DNA of 64,000 bases from the NCBI GenBank assembly GCA_965153285.1, contig OZ229110.1; one strand, written 5' to 3'. The first letter of the stretch is position 1, and each line of letters opens with the position of its first letter. Origin of the DNA: Podarcis tiliguerta. Taxonomy: Eukaryota. This document shows positions 1 through 12,180 of the stretch, piece after piece. A model generated the notes under the pieces. The model did no database searches. It was not told the DNA's origin and saw nothing but the letters and a program-made list of their open reading frames with translations. The position numbers and the translations under genes are program-made.

Positions 1-72
1 ATCTTTGGGAAGAAGCAAGAATCTGGTCCCATATTCCTAGCTAATAACCCAGAATACATGGCTCAAGATCAC

Positions 73-150
73 CTGAAGTGTCTGAGGGAGGCTTTTCTTC
101 AGCAGTCCTTCCAGGATCTGCAACTTGGAAGAGCAGGATAGGATCAACAT
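73..150 (-). CDS. GLYATL3-like gene copy 0, coding exon 1 only (rest lies left of the window)
   Basis: ATG at 150-148; 78-nt exon [26 protein letters not shown] ending in CAG|gtgatc; same protein sequence as exon 1 of the complete gene at 12103-12180. Confidence 0.85.
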
Positions 151-456
151 AGCTTGGGAGGCAGAGGTTGAAGCAGGTACCAGCAGAAACAGTGTGGGTT
201 GTAAGCACCTGAGAGAGAAAGAGAGAGACTAGTTCTCTGTACCTCAGTGTAATCCCCAAACTGAGATGCCTTCTTTTTCACTGAAATGATGGACTTACTT
301 AACCAACAATGGTGCAACAACTGAGTTTCTAAATGTAACAGGAATCCTTTCCTCAATAAATAGAGAATAAAACATTCTCTTATGAGCAACTGGTGTTCTA
401 CCACACTGCCATTTGCTCGCCTGTAGTCCTCCGTGTCTTCTTGTTGAGTGGTACAG

Positions 457-1129
457 TGTTACGGAAAAATCTAGGTGTGAGGATGCTTGTCAGGCAGAGC
501 CTGCGGGTCCCTGCAGAATTAAGGGAGGAGTCCAGCCACCAACCAGAACAAATAGCTAAAGACCAAAGTTTATTGCGCAACAGGTTCAAAGAGGAATTTT
601 GAACCCCGAGGATGGGGCGACAAGGACTTTTAAAAGTTTCTATCTTATCCCAGCATACAGTTCATTAAGCATCATCACTACATCATTGCTACATCAGAAA
701 AGGGGAGGGTTATACATGATTAACATAGGAGGAATGTGTTGGGGCAACAGGCGGATACAGGATATGTATTGGGAAGTACTACAAAGCACGTACTACAAAG
801 GGACAATAGAACTTTGATTTGCATAGCTTGCCACCTGGGCAAGTCTGGAGGAGTGCCTTTGCCCAGCAATTGACACCTATGAGTACCTTCCTGTGAGTTC
901 ATAACCCCCGCTTGAGGAATTATGGCCGGGACCGAATGGTTTCCAAGTCCTTGGCCAATGAAGTAAATTGACAGTGGAATGAAGGAAACTGGCAAAGGAG
1001 TTGATTTATATGATTTTTAAAGCTAGGTAACTTCCCTGAGCTGCCAGGTCTAAAGGATACATTTATGCATAACATTTGTAACATTTAACAACTTTAAAGA
1101 TGTGCCCCATCCCCATAATTTCCGTAACT
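457..1129 (-). mobile_element. Solo LTR-like insertion in the 5' non-coding region of GLYATL copy 0
   Basis: Termini TGTTACGGAAA...TTTCCGTAACT; 5-bp TSD TACAG (452-456, 1130-1134); the paralogous site near 12465 is empty (gttacagattctc); AATAAA on the minus strand near 570. Confidence 0.75.
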
Positions 1130-1545
1130 TACAGATTCTCTCAAGAGCCTCTGGTGTGCTGTCAAACTGCTCAGTCAGAGTCTCCTTCAGCAAGCTCTTT
1201 GTGTTGGCTGCTTTATTTCAACGAGCGGGGAGGGAATGTGTAAGTTTACCAGAATGAATGAACTATTAACAGCCATCTCCCTGATGTTCAGTGGTGCATC
1301 TACATACATTACCCTGGACTTAATGGACTATAGGCCTTTCCCTTTAGATGGCCATGTGATTTCAGTTGTGAAGCATATAATTAACATTGCTCTTCTCCCT
1401 CTGACTGCCATTTCATCCTTTACAACTGCTGTGTCAGAGCATTATGAGCACGCACAGTTCTGCATAATAAAAACACTTAAATTACAGTACCGTCCTGGCT
1501 ACAGGAATAAACTTGAGCAGACATTGCTGTCAGAGAGGGGAGAGA

Positions 1546-1555
1546 CAAGATGGCC
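1546..1555 (+). promoter_or_regulatory. YY1-like motif CAAGATGGCC at about +14 of the LINE (candidate internal promoter element)
   Basis: Same motif and position as the YY1 site of mammalian L1 5' UTRs. Confidence 0.45.
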
Positions 1556-2063
1556 ACCGTGTAAGGTTCCTCCTTCCAGTTCTCTCCGACCTCTTCTCCC
1601 GATTTGGATCTTACAACCACTGGAGTAAGTTATTTATTTTAGTTTTGCATTTTGCCTGACAAGTAATTGCTGTACTTTCCACTGATGTGATGCCAGATTT
1701 TAATTAAGTCTGACGAAGGAGGATTGCTTTGGATTGATCTGGAGATGCTGCTGCAGAAATGGCGATAAGATAAGACGCTTCTGCTGGAGTTCATTTCGAA
1801 CCCTCCCTGAAATTTGTGCTGCGGCTCCCAGCCTTTCAAGTTCTTGCTGAAGGTTACTCCAGGGTGTTGGAGCCCATGCCAGGAGTTCACATTGCCGATA
1901 ATCTGTATAGCCTGCATCACAAATCAGCTTTAACGAGCAGATAACCGTATTCTTCGGCAGCTCCCGACACACTGGTTTTTTTGCCAGCTCACATTAGGTT
2001 GTATTTCTATTTTTATTACCTTTTAATACCTTTTAGCACTGCTATTTTAAAAGACTCATAACG

Positions 2064-3869
2064 ATGGGCCAAGGCAAACGCCTAAGGGACTGTGACGAGG
2101 CTCTGCCCTCCCCAAGAGCCAAACAATCAAAAACCGACCCCCCTGTGTCTGGCAAATGGAGTGCCCCCACTGATCACTGCTATAGGGTGAAAACCCAGAA
2201 CCGTTTTCACCCTCTAATGTCACCAGAAACAACGTCAACACCAGAGGAATTACCTTTACTTTTACCCCAGATTAAAGATGTGGATGGCAAGTCCGGAGGA
2301 AGAGGGAGTGTCCTACTGGGGGCGGTGCAGGACGCTGGAGCCGAGGACTGCGCAAGACAAGAACAACATGAACATCTCCACCTTGTGGTCAGAACCCTAA
2401 ATTGCATATTCAAGAAGATTGATGTGCTATCCTCCCAGCTATGTAACCTTGAACATAAAATTGATAACCTCTGGCCAAAGCCTGAACCAACTGCAGTTAC
2501 GGGGGAAATGAAGTGCCAGAGAACCTTACCCTCAATCAAAAAAGGAAGTGGGATCCCTAAATATAAACCAAATCCCGCACTGAAACACCAAGCCTTGTCT
2601 CTGCAACCTAAGAAAATCTGCCTAAATATCGGGGTAGGGTCAGCAAGGTGGCTCACTCTGGATGGGGTCAAAAAGCATATAAGCAATCTCCTAAACATAG
2701 AAATCACACAATGCGATCTCATTGCAGTATTACCTTTGAACCAGCATCTCAGGCAACAGAAAGTGATGCTTGAGTTCTACTCTCCAAGGATCCCCTCAGC
2801 TATCATCAGGCAGAAATCACTCTTGGCTAGATACGATATCATCCCAACAAGAGTTTTTATGGATAGCATGATTCATCCCCTCCTACTTGCCGGTTATGAC
2901 ACGGAGCGGACCCTGCCGGAGAGGCCGGGAGCACCTTGGGACATCGAGCCTCCTTTTCCGGAGGATATCCATCCATTTCGAAACTGGACTTACCCCACGT
3001 CCCCAAGAGCCTTAAAGGATCCCACTGGCGCAAGTAATTCTCTGACCCCACCGGAGGAAAGAGAGCTTTTAGCCACCTTTGGCGACCTTCCACCGAGGGA
3101 ACAACAAGAAATAATTGATAGACTAGAGGCACTTAATCATCAGCTCATACACGTCCAGAAGAAGGGAAAAGCCCTGTCCACTGTTCAGGATAACCTTGCC
3201 AGCCTTTCGGAGTCGTGTTTTAAGGAAGTAGGAAGTCTTCCACATCTCAGTCCAGCTCCTAAAACCATGCCTCCCCCACTTGTGGGTAAATCCCACCGAC
3301 GCACGGTAGAACCAGGTTTTGCCACACAAGCTGGCCTCTCATCCCAACTCTTGATAAATTTTGACTCGCCCCCTCAGAGTCCACCGCCGAAGAGTGTAAC
3401 TCAGAGTGCCTCCCACCAAAACAATTCCTTACCATCTAATCCATCAATGCCGGAACTGGAGTCCTCATATTCCCCTGAGCGGCATAGACCCGTCATACAA
3501 ACGGTACCTGCACGCCGAGCATCCCCGGCACCTTTGCTGGCAGCTGGTCAGGGGAGTGTTTCACCCACATCAAAAAATGGCCCGGACTTGACTGAAGATC
3601 CGGCCGGACATATAAACCAAATGGTTTCATCGGCGACCTTTAGACCTCGCGGTGGGGCAGTCTCAGCTAATCCCGTGGTGTTTCCCACCGAAGTGTCCGC
3701 CCTTGGGTTAGCTAGCGGGAGACCCGTTCTGTCACCCCAGTCAGAATACCTCAATACCAACTTCAAGACCAGGTCCCTCCAGCAGGGGCCTGCGATGCAA
3801 AGTAAAATAACTGACTTCTTTGCGGGGCCTGCCCTGCTCCCAAAGGACTCACATCCCTCCCTGAAATGA
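2064..3869 (+). CDS. LINE ORF1 protein, 601 aa (coiled-coil segments, Pro/Ser-rich C-terminal half)
   Basis: Uninterrupted ORF directly upstream of ORF2; heptad-like stretch KKIDVLSSQLCNLEHKIDNL. Confidence 0.75.
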   Translation: MGQGKRLRDCDEALPSPRAKQSKTDPPVSGKWSAPTDHCYRVKTQNRFHPLMSPETTSTPEELPLLLPQIKDVDGKSGGRGSVLLGAVQDAGAEDCARQEQHEHLHLVVRTLNCIFKKIDVLSSQLCNLEHKIDNLWPKPEPTAVTGEMKCQRTLPSIKKGSGIPKYKPNPALKHQALSLQPKKICLNIGVGSARWLTLDGVKKHISNLLNIEITQCDLIAVLPLNQHLRQQKVMLEFYSPRIPSAIIRQKSLLARYDIIPTRVFMDSMIHPLLLAGYDTERTLPERPGAPWDIEPPFPEDIHPFRNWTYPTSPRALKDPTGASNSLTPPEERELLATFGDLPPREQQEIIDRLEALNHQLIHVQKKGKALSTVQDNLASLSESCFKEVGSLPHLSPAPKTMPPPLVGKSHRRTVEPGFATQAGLSSQLLINFDSPPQSPPPKSVTQSASHQNNSLPSNPSMPELESSYSPERHRPVIQTVPARRASPAPLLAAGQGSVSPTSKNGPDLTEDPAGHINQMVSSATFRPRGGAVSANPVVFPTEVSALGLASGRPVLSPQSEYLNTNFKTRSLQQGPAMQSKITDFFAGPALLPKDSHPSLK

Positions 3870-6800
3870 CAGCGAATCGGACTCAACAGGAACTCCCCCC
3901 CTATCAGTCCTGAGCTGGAACATTGCGGGCTGGAGAGGGAAAAAACTTGACCCAGAATTCCTGGAGTTTATTAACCCATTCCATATCATCCTGTTCCAAG
4001 AATCGTGGGAAGTAGAGAAAATTGTCCTAAATGGCTTTGAGCTTCTAGAACTTCCTGCCTGTCCCTCCCTGAAAGGAGGCCGCCCTAAAGGGGGCCTAAT
4101 AATAGGCATCTCTCTCAACCTTCATTCGAAATTTTCTCTAGTACAGGCCTTGCCCCCTTACGCCCTTACCGGGCTGATAGTGGGGGAAAAGATCTCACTC
4201 CTAGTCACAAATGTTTATCTGCCTCCTGGGGGTTCCTCTCTTGATCTGGGCTCTAAATGGGGCTCGCTAGAAGACCATTTGCTCTCATGTTATGTTAAGT
4301 TTCCCAACACCCCGGCCATAATAGGTGGCGACTTTAATGCCCGCACAGCAGCAAACTGGGATTCGCTGACCAAAGCCAAATGGTGGGTTACCCCAAACCT
4401 TGATAATTATGATCTGGAACACATCATGAGGAGAACCTCTAAAGACCACAGAGTAACTGAGGCTGGTGTACTCCTATATCAAATGGCCATCTGTTTAAAT
4501 CTGGCCCCCTTAAATGGCGCATGTCTCCCTGATATTCCAGGGGATTTCACCCATCTGAGCGTTAAGTCAAACAGCGTCCTCGATTACCTGTTGGTCTCCA
4601 GGGATCTACTTAAGTGTATTTCCACCTTTAAGATTGAGAATGTACAATCCAGTGATCATCTCCCCCTGGTAGCCAAGCTTTCCCTGAACTGGCAGCCAGA
4701 GGCTGATAGACATGCGACCCAGATGGTAACCAACGCATCTTTCCAAATAAGAGGAATCAAATGGTCGGAGACCCAGGCTCAAAGGTATCAGGAATTCTTT
4801 CAAAAAGAAATCCTTGGGCCTCATTCCAACATAGGCCCTGTCCCAGACGAGCATAGCATAGTGCTGAATCGCTTCCACCATCATACGACTGTTCTTACGG
4901 CCTTCTTCAGGTTACCACCCAACAATTCAAATCGAAACGAGTATACTCACGGTGCCCCCTGGTACAATTCTCAATGCAAACAAGCAAGATAGCGCCTTCG
5001 TGCTATATATAATGTATATAAGACCTCCAATGCATCTACTCTGCCAGCTAGCTACGCACAAGCCAAGCAAGTTTATAAACGCATGCAAAAAATTGCCAAA
5101 CGTGAGTGGCAACATAATCGTTGGCAGGCTTTGATTACTGCTTCAAAACCACACAGATCCAGGGAATTCTGGTCCTTGATTAATAGAAGGGTGAGGAAAT
5201 ACCCAAGGGCAGTCATTCCTGCACCGACATGGGAACTGTTCCTGAAGAAATGTTTCTCACAGGCAGATGCTCCCTCCGACCATCTGATGCACCTGTTTAC
5301 CCACCTACCCATTTGGCCTCCCACCGATCCTGACGAAATAGTCAAGCTAATAGCTCAGCTGAAACCGGGCAAAGCCCCTGGGCCCGATCTGATCCCTGCC
5401 GAAGCCATCAAACTACACCCAAAATGGTGGGCTGGCATCTTGGCCAAAACCTTCAACGCAATCAACGCCTCTGGTCTCATCCCCAAAATATGGAAGGAGG
5501 CCATCATAGTACCAATTCATAAAAAAGGTTCTCCAATGGAGCCGGAAAATTACCGTAACATCAGCCTCCTTTCGATTATAGGGAAAATTTATGCCAGCTT
5601 TTTGCTGACTAAACTATTGCGATGGGTAGATGAGACTAACCAGATTGGCCACGAACAAGCAGGGTTCAGAACCAAACGTTCTACAACCGATCAGGCGATA
5701 GTGCTTTATCATCTGGCACGGAAGTACTCCTCCCCTCCTCGGGGCTACCTCTGTGCGGCCTTTTTAGATCTAAAGGCAGCCTTCGACAGCGTGCCGAGAA
5801 ATATTCTCTGGGAAAAACTTGCGAAACAGGGCATTGATAGAAGACTCTTATGGCTTATAAGTCAACTCCACGAAGGTACCCTTGCCAGAGTGAGACTCAC
5901 TCCTGCGGGCGACCTCACAAACCCGATACCAATAAACAAGGGAGTGCGCCAAGGTTGTATACTGGCTCCCTGCCTATTCAACCTATTCATCAGCGACATG
6001 CGAGCACCCCTAGTCAACTCATCTCCAAGTATACATGCGCCTAGACTAGCGGATTATCGTTGCCCACTCCTCTTATATGCGGATGACGCAGTAATTCTAT
6101 CTTTTACACGTGTTGGACTAACCAGAGCTCTGAAGATCTTTGCCACTTATTGTCAACTCAACCAATTAACCATCAATTATGTCAAATCCAAGAATCTGAT
6201 TTTCTCCAGAAGCCGGAGATTATATAAATGGAAGCTTGGTGGAGCAAAAATAGAGCAAGTCCTAAAATTTCAATACCTAGGAATTATTTTTCAATACAAT
6301 CTGGGGTGGAAAGCTCAAATTCAACACCTACTTAATAAGGCCAAAACCCTGTCATATGCGCTCCTCCGATTTTTTTTCTCGGATGGAGCTTTGCATGTTC
6401 CCTCGGCCTTAAAGGTGTTCAAGGCAAAAGTGGTGGCTGTACTCGCTTATGCTGCCCCGCTTTGGGCCGTGTTGACAGATCTTGCTCCCCTTGAGACTCT
6501 GCAAAACCAATTCCTACGTCGGCTCCTAATGCTCCCTCTGTGCGTAAGCAACGCAGCCATGCGACTAGAATTGAAGATCGCATCCTTAGAAACTTGCCTG
6601 TGGAAGCATGCCTTCAATTACTGGTTATCATTGTGGCATAGATTACCAAACCATTACCTTGCCCAATGCCTATGGCGAGATGAATTCTCTAGCCTTTGGT
6701 CTAGCAGAATCCATGCCAAACTCTTGAGTTATGGAATCTCTCCCTCAGATTCCCTAAAATTAGATCAAAGCACAGCTCAAAGACTGATTCGCCAAAGACT

Positions 6801-7254
6801 GGATGACATCGACTTACAGCGAAATTACATGCTGGGGGGAGGTGTTTGTTCGCCCCAGAGCATTGGTATCACTTTAACTTACTGCGTTCCATCATACCTC
6901 TCCTCCCTTTCGACTGTTGCCCATAGACTGGCCTTCACCAAAGCGAGGTTTAACGTTTTTCCCTCCAATGCCCTGAGACATAGATTCTCAAAGGGCAAAG
7001 TCCCCGCCATGTGCGAATGTGACAAGGTGACGCCGGAGTCGCTCCAGCACATTATGTTCTCTTGCCCCCTGTTCAATGTGCTACGGGCAAACTTGCTGGG
7101 ATCAATTATACAGAAACTAGTGGGTACCCCTCCAACATTCCACCTTGCCCAAATCTTGCAGGATAAGGATTCCCATACGACCCTGAAAGTGGCTAGGTTC
7201 CTGGCTGCGGTCCTTACCCAAAAGCGACGCCAAGGAGCACTACAAGCTAATTAA
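3865..7254 (+). pseudogene. LINE ORF2 (AP endonuclease, reverse transcriptase, C-terminal CCHC) with one in-frame TAG at 4990-4992 and no in-frame start ATG
   Basis: One reading frame carrying LSWNIAG, FQESW, GGDFNAR, SVLDY, SSDHLP (APE); FLDLKAAFDSV, GVRQGCILAP, LLYADD (RT); CECD...HIMFSC. Confidence 0.9.
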
Positions 7255-7904
7255 GGTGTAGGATGCCATTCCATCTTATAGTATTTTATTGTTATAGTGG
7301 CGTTATAGCGGCTGTTTATTTCTTTTTTCTTTTTTTTCTTTTTTTCTTTTTCCCCACGTGCACAAGCTGTTATTTATGCTTTATTTTCCTGTATGGGCCC
7401 ATGGCCGTAATAAATAAATTGATTGATTGATTGCTGTCATGTTTAGGAACGCTGCTTTATCAGAGTCCCCCATCACATGGGGTATCCTACTCATATTAAA
7501 GTGAATGCAGGAATAAGCCCATGTAACTGCTACCTATATGGGTAGGATTGCCTAAGCAAAAACGTTTTAAGCAGGTCCCAGAAAGAGAACCATTATGGTG
7601 CCTCCTTAATGTCAATAGACAGGGAGTTCCAGTCAATAAATTAAAACACCAATGAATGAATATGTCAGCATCCAAAGAGATGGCATTTAAAACCTCTTAT
7701 TTTGGCATATTGGCGTGGTTTCATGACTAGCAACAAATGGAAAAAAACAGACAAGCCTGCTACCAGGACAGAAAACATTTTATTCATTGGATATATATAT
7801 TGCCTTCTTGCCAAGTTACCAAAGGTGGTTTACAACTTTAAAATATTAAACAAATTTATTTTACATCAAATATATAGTCGATTCAGGCCTACTGGGTGGT
7901 GACG

Positions 7905-8185
7905 GCCCAAACTGGAGCCAAAAGTTTTGCAGGGTTTTGCAATGCCCCATAAACAGAGCAATGGGCACTCAAACTCAGGGGTCACCCAAAAACCAAACAT
8001 CGTCTGATTCGCTCTAAACAGGGGCCAAACTTTGAGAAAAAATTGGCAGCAGTGTTTTGCAGAGAAAACACTTCATTTTGCAGCACCCCACAAACGGAGC
8101 AATAGACACTCAAAATGGGGGTCATGGGTATTCACCCAAAAACCCAACGTCGTCTGATTCAGTCCAAACCCAGCACCAAAGTTTT
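7905..8185. repeat. Two diverged direct copies of a ~130-150 bp unit
   Basis: Repeated blocks cccca(t/c)aaac(a/g)gagcaat...cactcaaa...ggggtca...cacccaaaaa...tcgtctgattc. Confidence 0.5.
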
Positions 8186-8342
8186 TAATCAACAGGAATT
8201 GAGGTAGCATTTAAATGGAAAATAGAGTAAAGGGGAATGGTTCTTGAAAGGGTGTGATAATCTCCCTCTCTCCCATTCAGAGGACTGGTAAGTGAAAGGA
8301 TTGAACAGGATCCTGGAAAACGACTGTTGCACTCTCCTCCTC

Positions 8343-11300
8343 TCACTGAGAAGCTGGAGAATGGATGCAGTAATGACACAGTTCAGATAATCTCTGGAAG
8401 CCAAGGGAGACCAGCAGTTTCTGCTGGGGGGTATTATCTAGGGCAACAAGGCCATATACAGGGAAGCCAGCTGCATGGACACGCCTGGCCTGTGCCCTCT
8501 GCACCATAGATGAGTAGCCCCTCCGGCGGTGGGATGGAAGGGTGTAGCCGTGTCTCAGTGTACCCAGAGATTCCATGATGATCCAGCTGATAGGATGACC
8601 ATTGGAGTCCAAGATGCAGGTACTGGGGAAGAATTGCACCATGTTGGCCAGATATCTCCGGCTGTGTTCACTGCCCCCAAAGTGCCACGTTTCATCCAGC
8701 AGGTCAATGTGGGAGCCATTTAAGGAGGAAAAAGTGAAGCCTGGATCTAGCCTAGGAGAGCAGAAAGATGAGCAATGAGGAGAGAGCTGAACATAAGAAG
8801 GCAGAATTATCTTCCTGGCTCATCCTCAAAGTCTCCCTAGTTCAACAGTCTTAACAAAACCACCAGCAAGCTGGCATGAAAATGATACCGATTCCCTGTT
8901 GTTTGCCCTAACACCCAGTAGTTTAAACTAATGACCAATTAGTTGTTTAGTTTCATAGATAAAAAAGAACCCCATTAAAAGTGATTGAAAATGCATCCTA
9001 TTAATCAAACACTATTATGTGGAAAAATAACAGATGGTGGGCACCAGTTTGGAAGTGATTCACACACACCCTTCAGCAGAGCATGCCTCTTCTAAGATGG
9101 TTCCTGTTACATGAAGAACTGCTCGCTCTGCTCTTGGGATTCCTTTTCTAAACTTGACCCCTGATGTAAACCTACTTTTGTGTGGTATTCTTCTTCCCTT
9201 CCTTGAGTAGGCAGTGCCACCCCCTTTGTTGCTGCCTTTGGTGCCTTGCTGTCCCAGCTACATGAAGGCAAACTAAGGAGTAAACGCCAGGATTGTCCAT
9301 ACGCATTTTGACTATGGAGATTCTCCTACTGAAGAACCACAGGTTAGCCAGTGCCTCAACCAAGAAAGAAGTAGGGAGCACAATGGACACTCACCGGGGC
9401 TCAGGCTGTTTATCTGGGTTGAGGTTCAGGTAGGTAAAGTAGGGGGTTGCAGTCAACTGGATTTCCTTGGCAGCGATAGCCTCTTTAGAGACCTCATATA
9501 TCCCATCATGGTTCCCTATACAAAGCGGTATATGTCACTAAGAGAGTGGTATTGTCAGGTAGGACAAGAAATTTTTAGCTGCACATATACTGAACTGCCA
9601 TCACTCAGGTCATCCAAGGTTCATTGCTCCCTTTCTGCCCTTGGACAATGAAAAGTCCCATTGTCCTTAGAGGCTATGGAAGGAATACATGTGCAGATGG
9701 TAAGGAAGGGTGAATCTATCAGTTTTGATTTCCCTCAGTTTCTTATTTTTTCAACCTTGTTCAATTCTCCACATTTGATGAAAATTCATCCACATTTTAA
9801 GGGCAAATTTCTTCTCTCACATAGACACAGATTGTTTTCACTAATATATGCATCTTAATGCACACTTTAGTATGTGCATCGCATTACTTGGCTGGAGAAC
9901 TGCATCACAAAATACCCTATCACTTACTCTAAGTACAGTATTGCTAAAACCCATTACAGTGGTACCTCGGGTTAAGTACTTAATTCGTTCCGGATGTCCG
10001 TTCTTAACCTGAAACTGTTCTTAACCTGAAGCACCACTTTAGCTAATGGGGCTTCCTGCTGCCGCTGCGCCGCCGGAGTACGATTTCTGTTCTCATCCCG
10101 AAGCAAAGTTCTTAACCCGAGGTACTATTTCTGGGTTAGTGGAGTCTGTAACCTGAAGCGTATGTAACCCAAGGTACCACTGTATTGTTGTCTCTCTTTA
10201 CTGTAGATATTTATTGACTGGTTTTCTTTTAAAATGTATTCTCAACTCTTTGAGGAGCTTCCTCCACAAAGTCTCCAATAAAAAACCAACTGCACTTGAA
10301 TATTTAGCTATAAAAATGCAAAATACTGGACAAATAAAGGTGTAGAGAAACAGTATACTAAACATTATAGAGGTTATCAACACAGCATTAAGAAATAAAA
10401 ATCAACCAGAATTTTAAAGAGCACAAATAGAATGGACTCATTCAGGAATGCTTGGGAGAAAACAAAAGTTTCAATAACCATCAAAAGCATATCAATGTTG
10501 GGACTTGCTTTGCTTTTAAGACGAGTAAACTTCAGAAAATTCTGGTACCACTATACTAGAAAGCCCATGCTGACATCACAGCATGCTTTACCACCAGATC
10601 TGTGTAGGGTTTATACACCACTAGTAAAACCTGGAATGTAGCTCATATGTTACTTCCCTAATGTATTGTTTTGTATTTTATTTTGCTCATATTTCTCTAT
10701 TACATTCACTTCAGTCACTTCCTCATCAAATTCATATTAAGTAACTAAACCGTGTCTCCTCATCTCGTAACTCTTCCCTTAGAAATAACAGCCTGCTACC
10801 GCAGAGAGCAAAGGTTTGGTCCCAGTTGATGGCATCTGTGTCTAGCAACAGTTTCCGGTACACATCAAGATCCCGATAAAATGCTGCATATATGTTGCTC
10901 AGGAAATCCGCATTGTCTGAAACAGCCTAAAAGAGAGACATACAATTGAACAGGTAAACATTTTCCTGATGTTGAGATGAAATGATGAAGTTTCACCTGC
11001 TCCCTTTGGCAGCTGATAATGCCAAAGGTGTGCTCCTAGACCAAAGCCAACATCCCCTTTCAGTTTGAGCCTGGCTTAGAGGAGGCCCCAGCACAGTGTT
11101 TCCTGCTGACATCCCACAAAATGTATCTTGCAAAATCCCCAAGGGCTAGTACCTCTCTCTGTGGACGAGTCAGGACCGCCTTGAAATCTGGCCAAGAATC
11201 CACAATCACCTCGTGGCCCACTGGGTTCCCGCGGTTTATGTTCATGACTGCACAATAGACCTGTCAAGAGTCATATGATGTCAGAGTTGGTGCTGCAGTT

Positions 11301-12180
11301 GAAGGAGACTGCCTGGGAGAAATGTTTGGGGTCAGAGAGAGAATTAGTGGTTTGTGTCAGGCTTGTATCTGCTGCATGCCTTGATTGGGGTGTCCTGAGT
11401 GAACACTAGGGATAGGAAAATCTGTTGATTTTTCATTTCTCTCATTTCCCCCCATTTTTCCCATCTTCAGTCCACCTCATTTCCACATTAGTGTGGATTA
11501 AATAAAAAGTCCTCATAAATATTAATGGCACTTTTTGGTGTTAATTTCACCTAATATGCACGATTATAACTAATTTACATATTTTTAGAAAGCAATTTCT
11601 CCAATACAGTGCTTTTTTATGAATCCTTTACTATATGCATTTTGTGATTGTAACTTGGATGGAGACAATAGTGCCGGCAGTGGTTGCTACGCCACTGTGT
11701 GAAGAACAACATTGCAAGATTCAGAAAAACGTAGAATGTGTTTTGTCATGTATTGTTTCAGGAAGCGCAAATTAGGTCGTGCAAACTGAATTGAATTTCT
11801 CCCTCATCCCTAGTGAGGGCATTCTACCTCCCACCTGACAAACCAAGTGTAGGAATTGACAGGGCCATTTCAGACATCACACACTCAGTTCACATCAGCT
11901 GTGCCCTCTACAAGGAGCTGCGGCCAATCTTATCTCTCTGTGCAGTGTATCTGTATAATACCCATATTTTCAAGCACCTGTTTATTGACTTAAACAAACT
12001 TATCAGACTCCAAATGTGGATCTTTCAGAAGATGCAAGATTTTGTCAGGAATTTGGTCCCATATTCCTAGCTAATAATCCAGAATATATTGCTCAGGATC
12101 ACCTGAAGTGTCTGAGGGAGGCTTTTCTTCAGCAGTCCCTCTAGGATCTGCAGCTTGGAAGAGCAGGATAGGATCAACAT
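8343..12180 (-). CDS. GLYATL3-like acyl-CoA:amino acid N-acyltransferase, copy A (280 aa); exons 12180-12103, 11260-11153, 10926-10800, 9515-9395, 8751-8343
   Basis: GT-AG exons of 78/108/127/121/409 nt join in frame; [33 protein letters not shown] (GNAT motif A) and GFPVYG motifs. Confidence 0.9.
9957..10182. mobile_element. Tc1/mariner (Tigger-like) MITE
   Basis: TIRs CAGTGGTACCT...AGGTACCACTG flanked by TA. Confidence 0.85.
11407..11813. mobile_element. Old non-autonomous DNA transposon; related pieces at about 9700-9915 and 13530-13860
   Basis: TAGGGAT...ATCCCTA termini; internal AT-rich motifs shared among the three loci. Confidence 0.45.

Larger units (their letters stand above)
1533..7430 (+). 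mobile_element. Full-length non-LTR retrotransposon (LINE, RTE-X-like; clade assignment tentative)
   Basis: TSD (A)TTGCTGTCA at 1523-1532 and 7430-7439; 5' UTR, ORF1, ORF2 (APE-RT-CCHC) and 3' tail AATAAATAAA(TTGA)n; the paralogous site near 12955 is empty. Confidence 0.9.
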
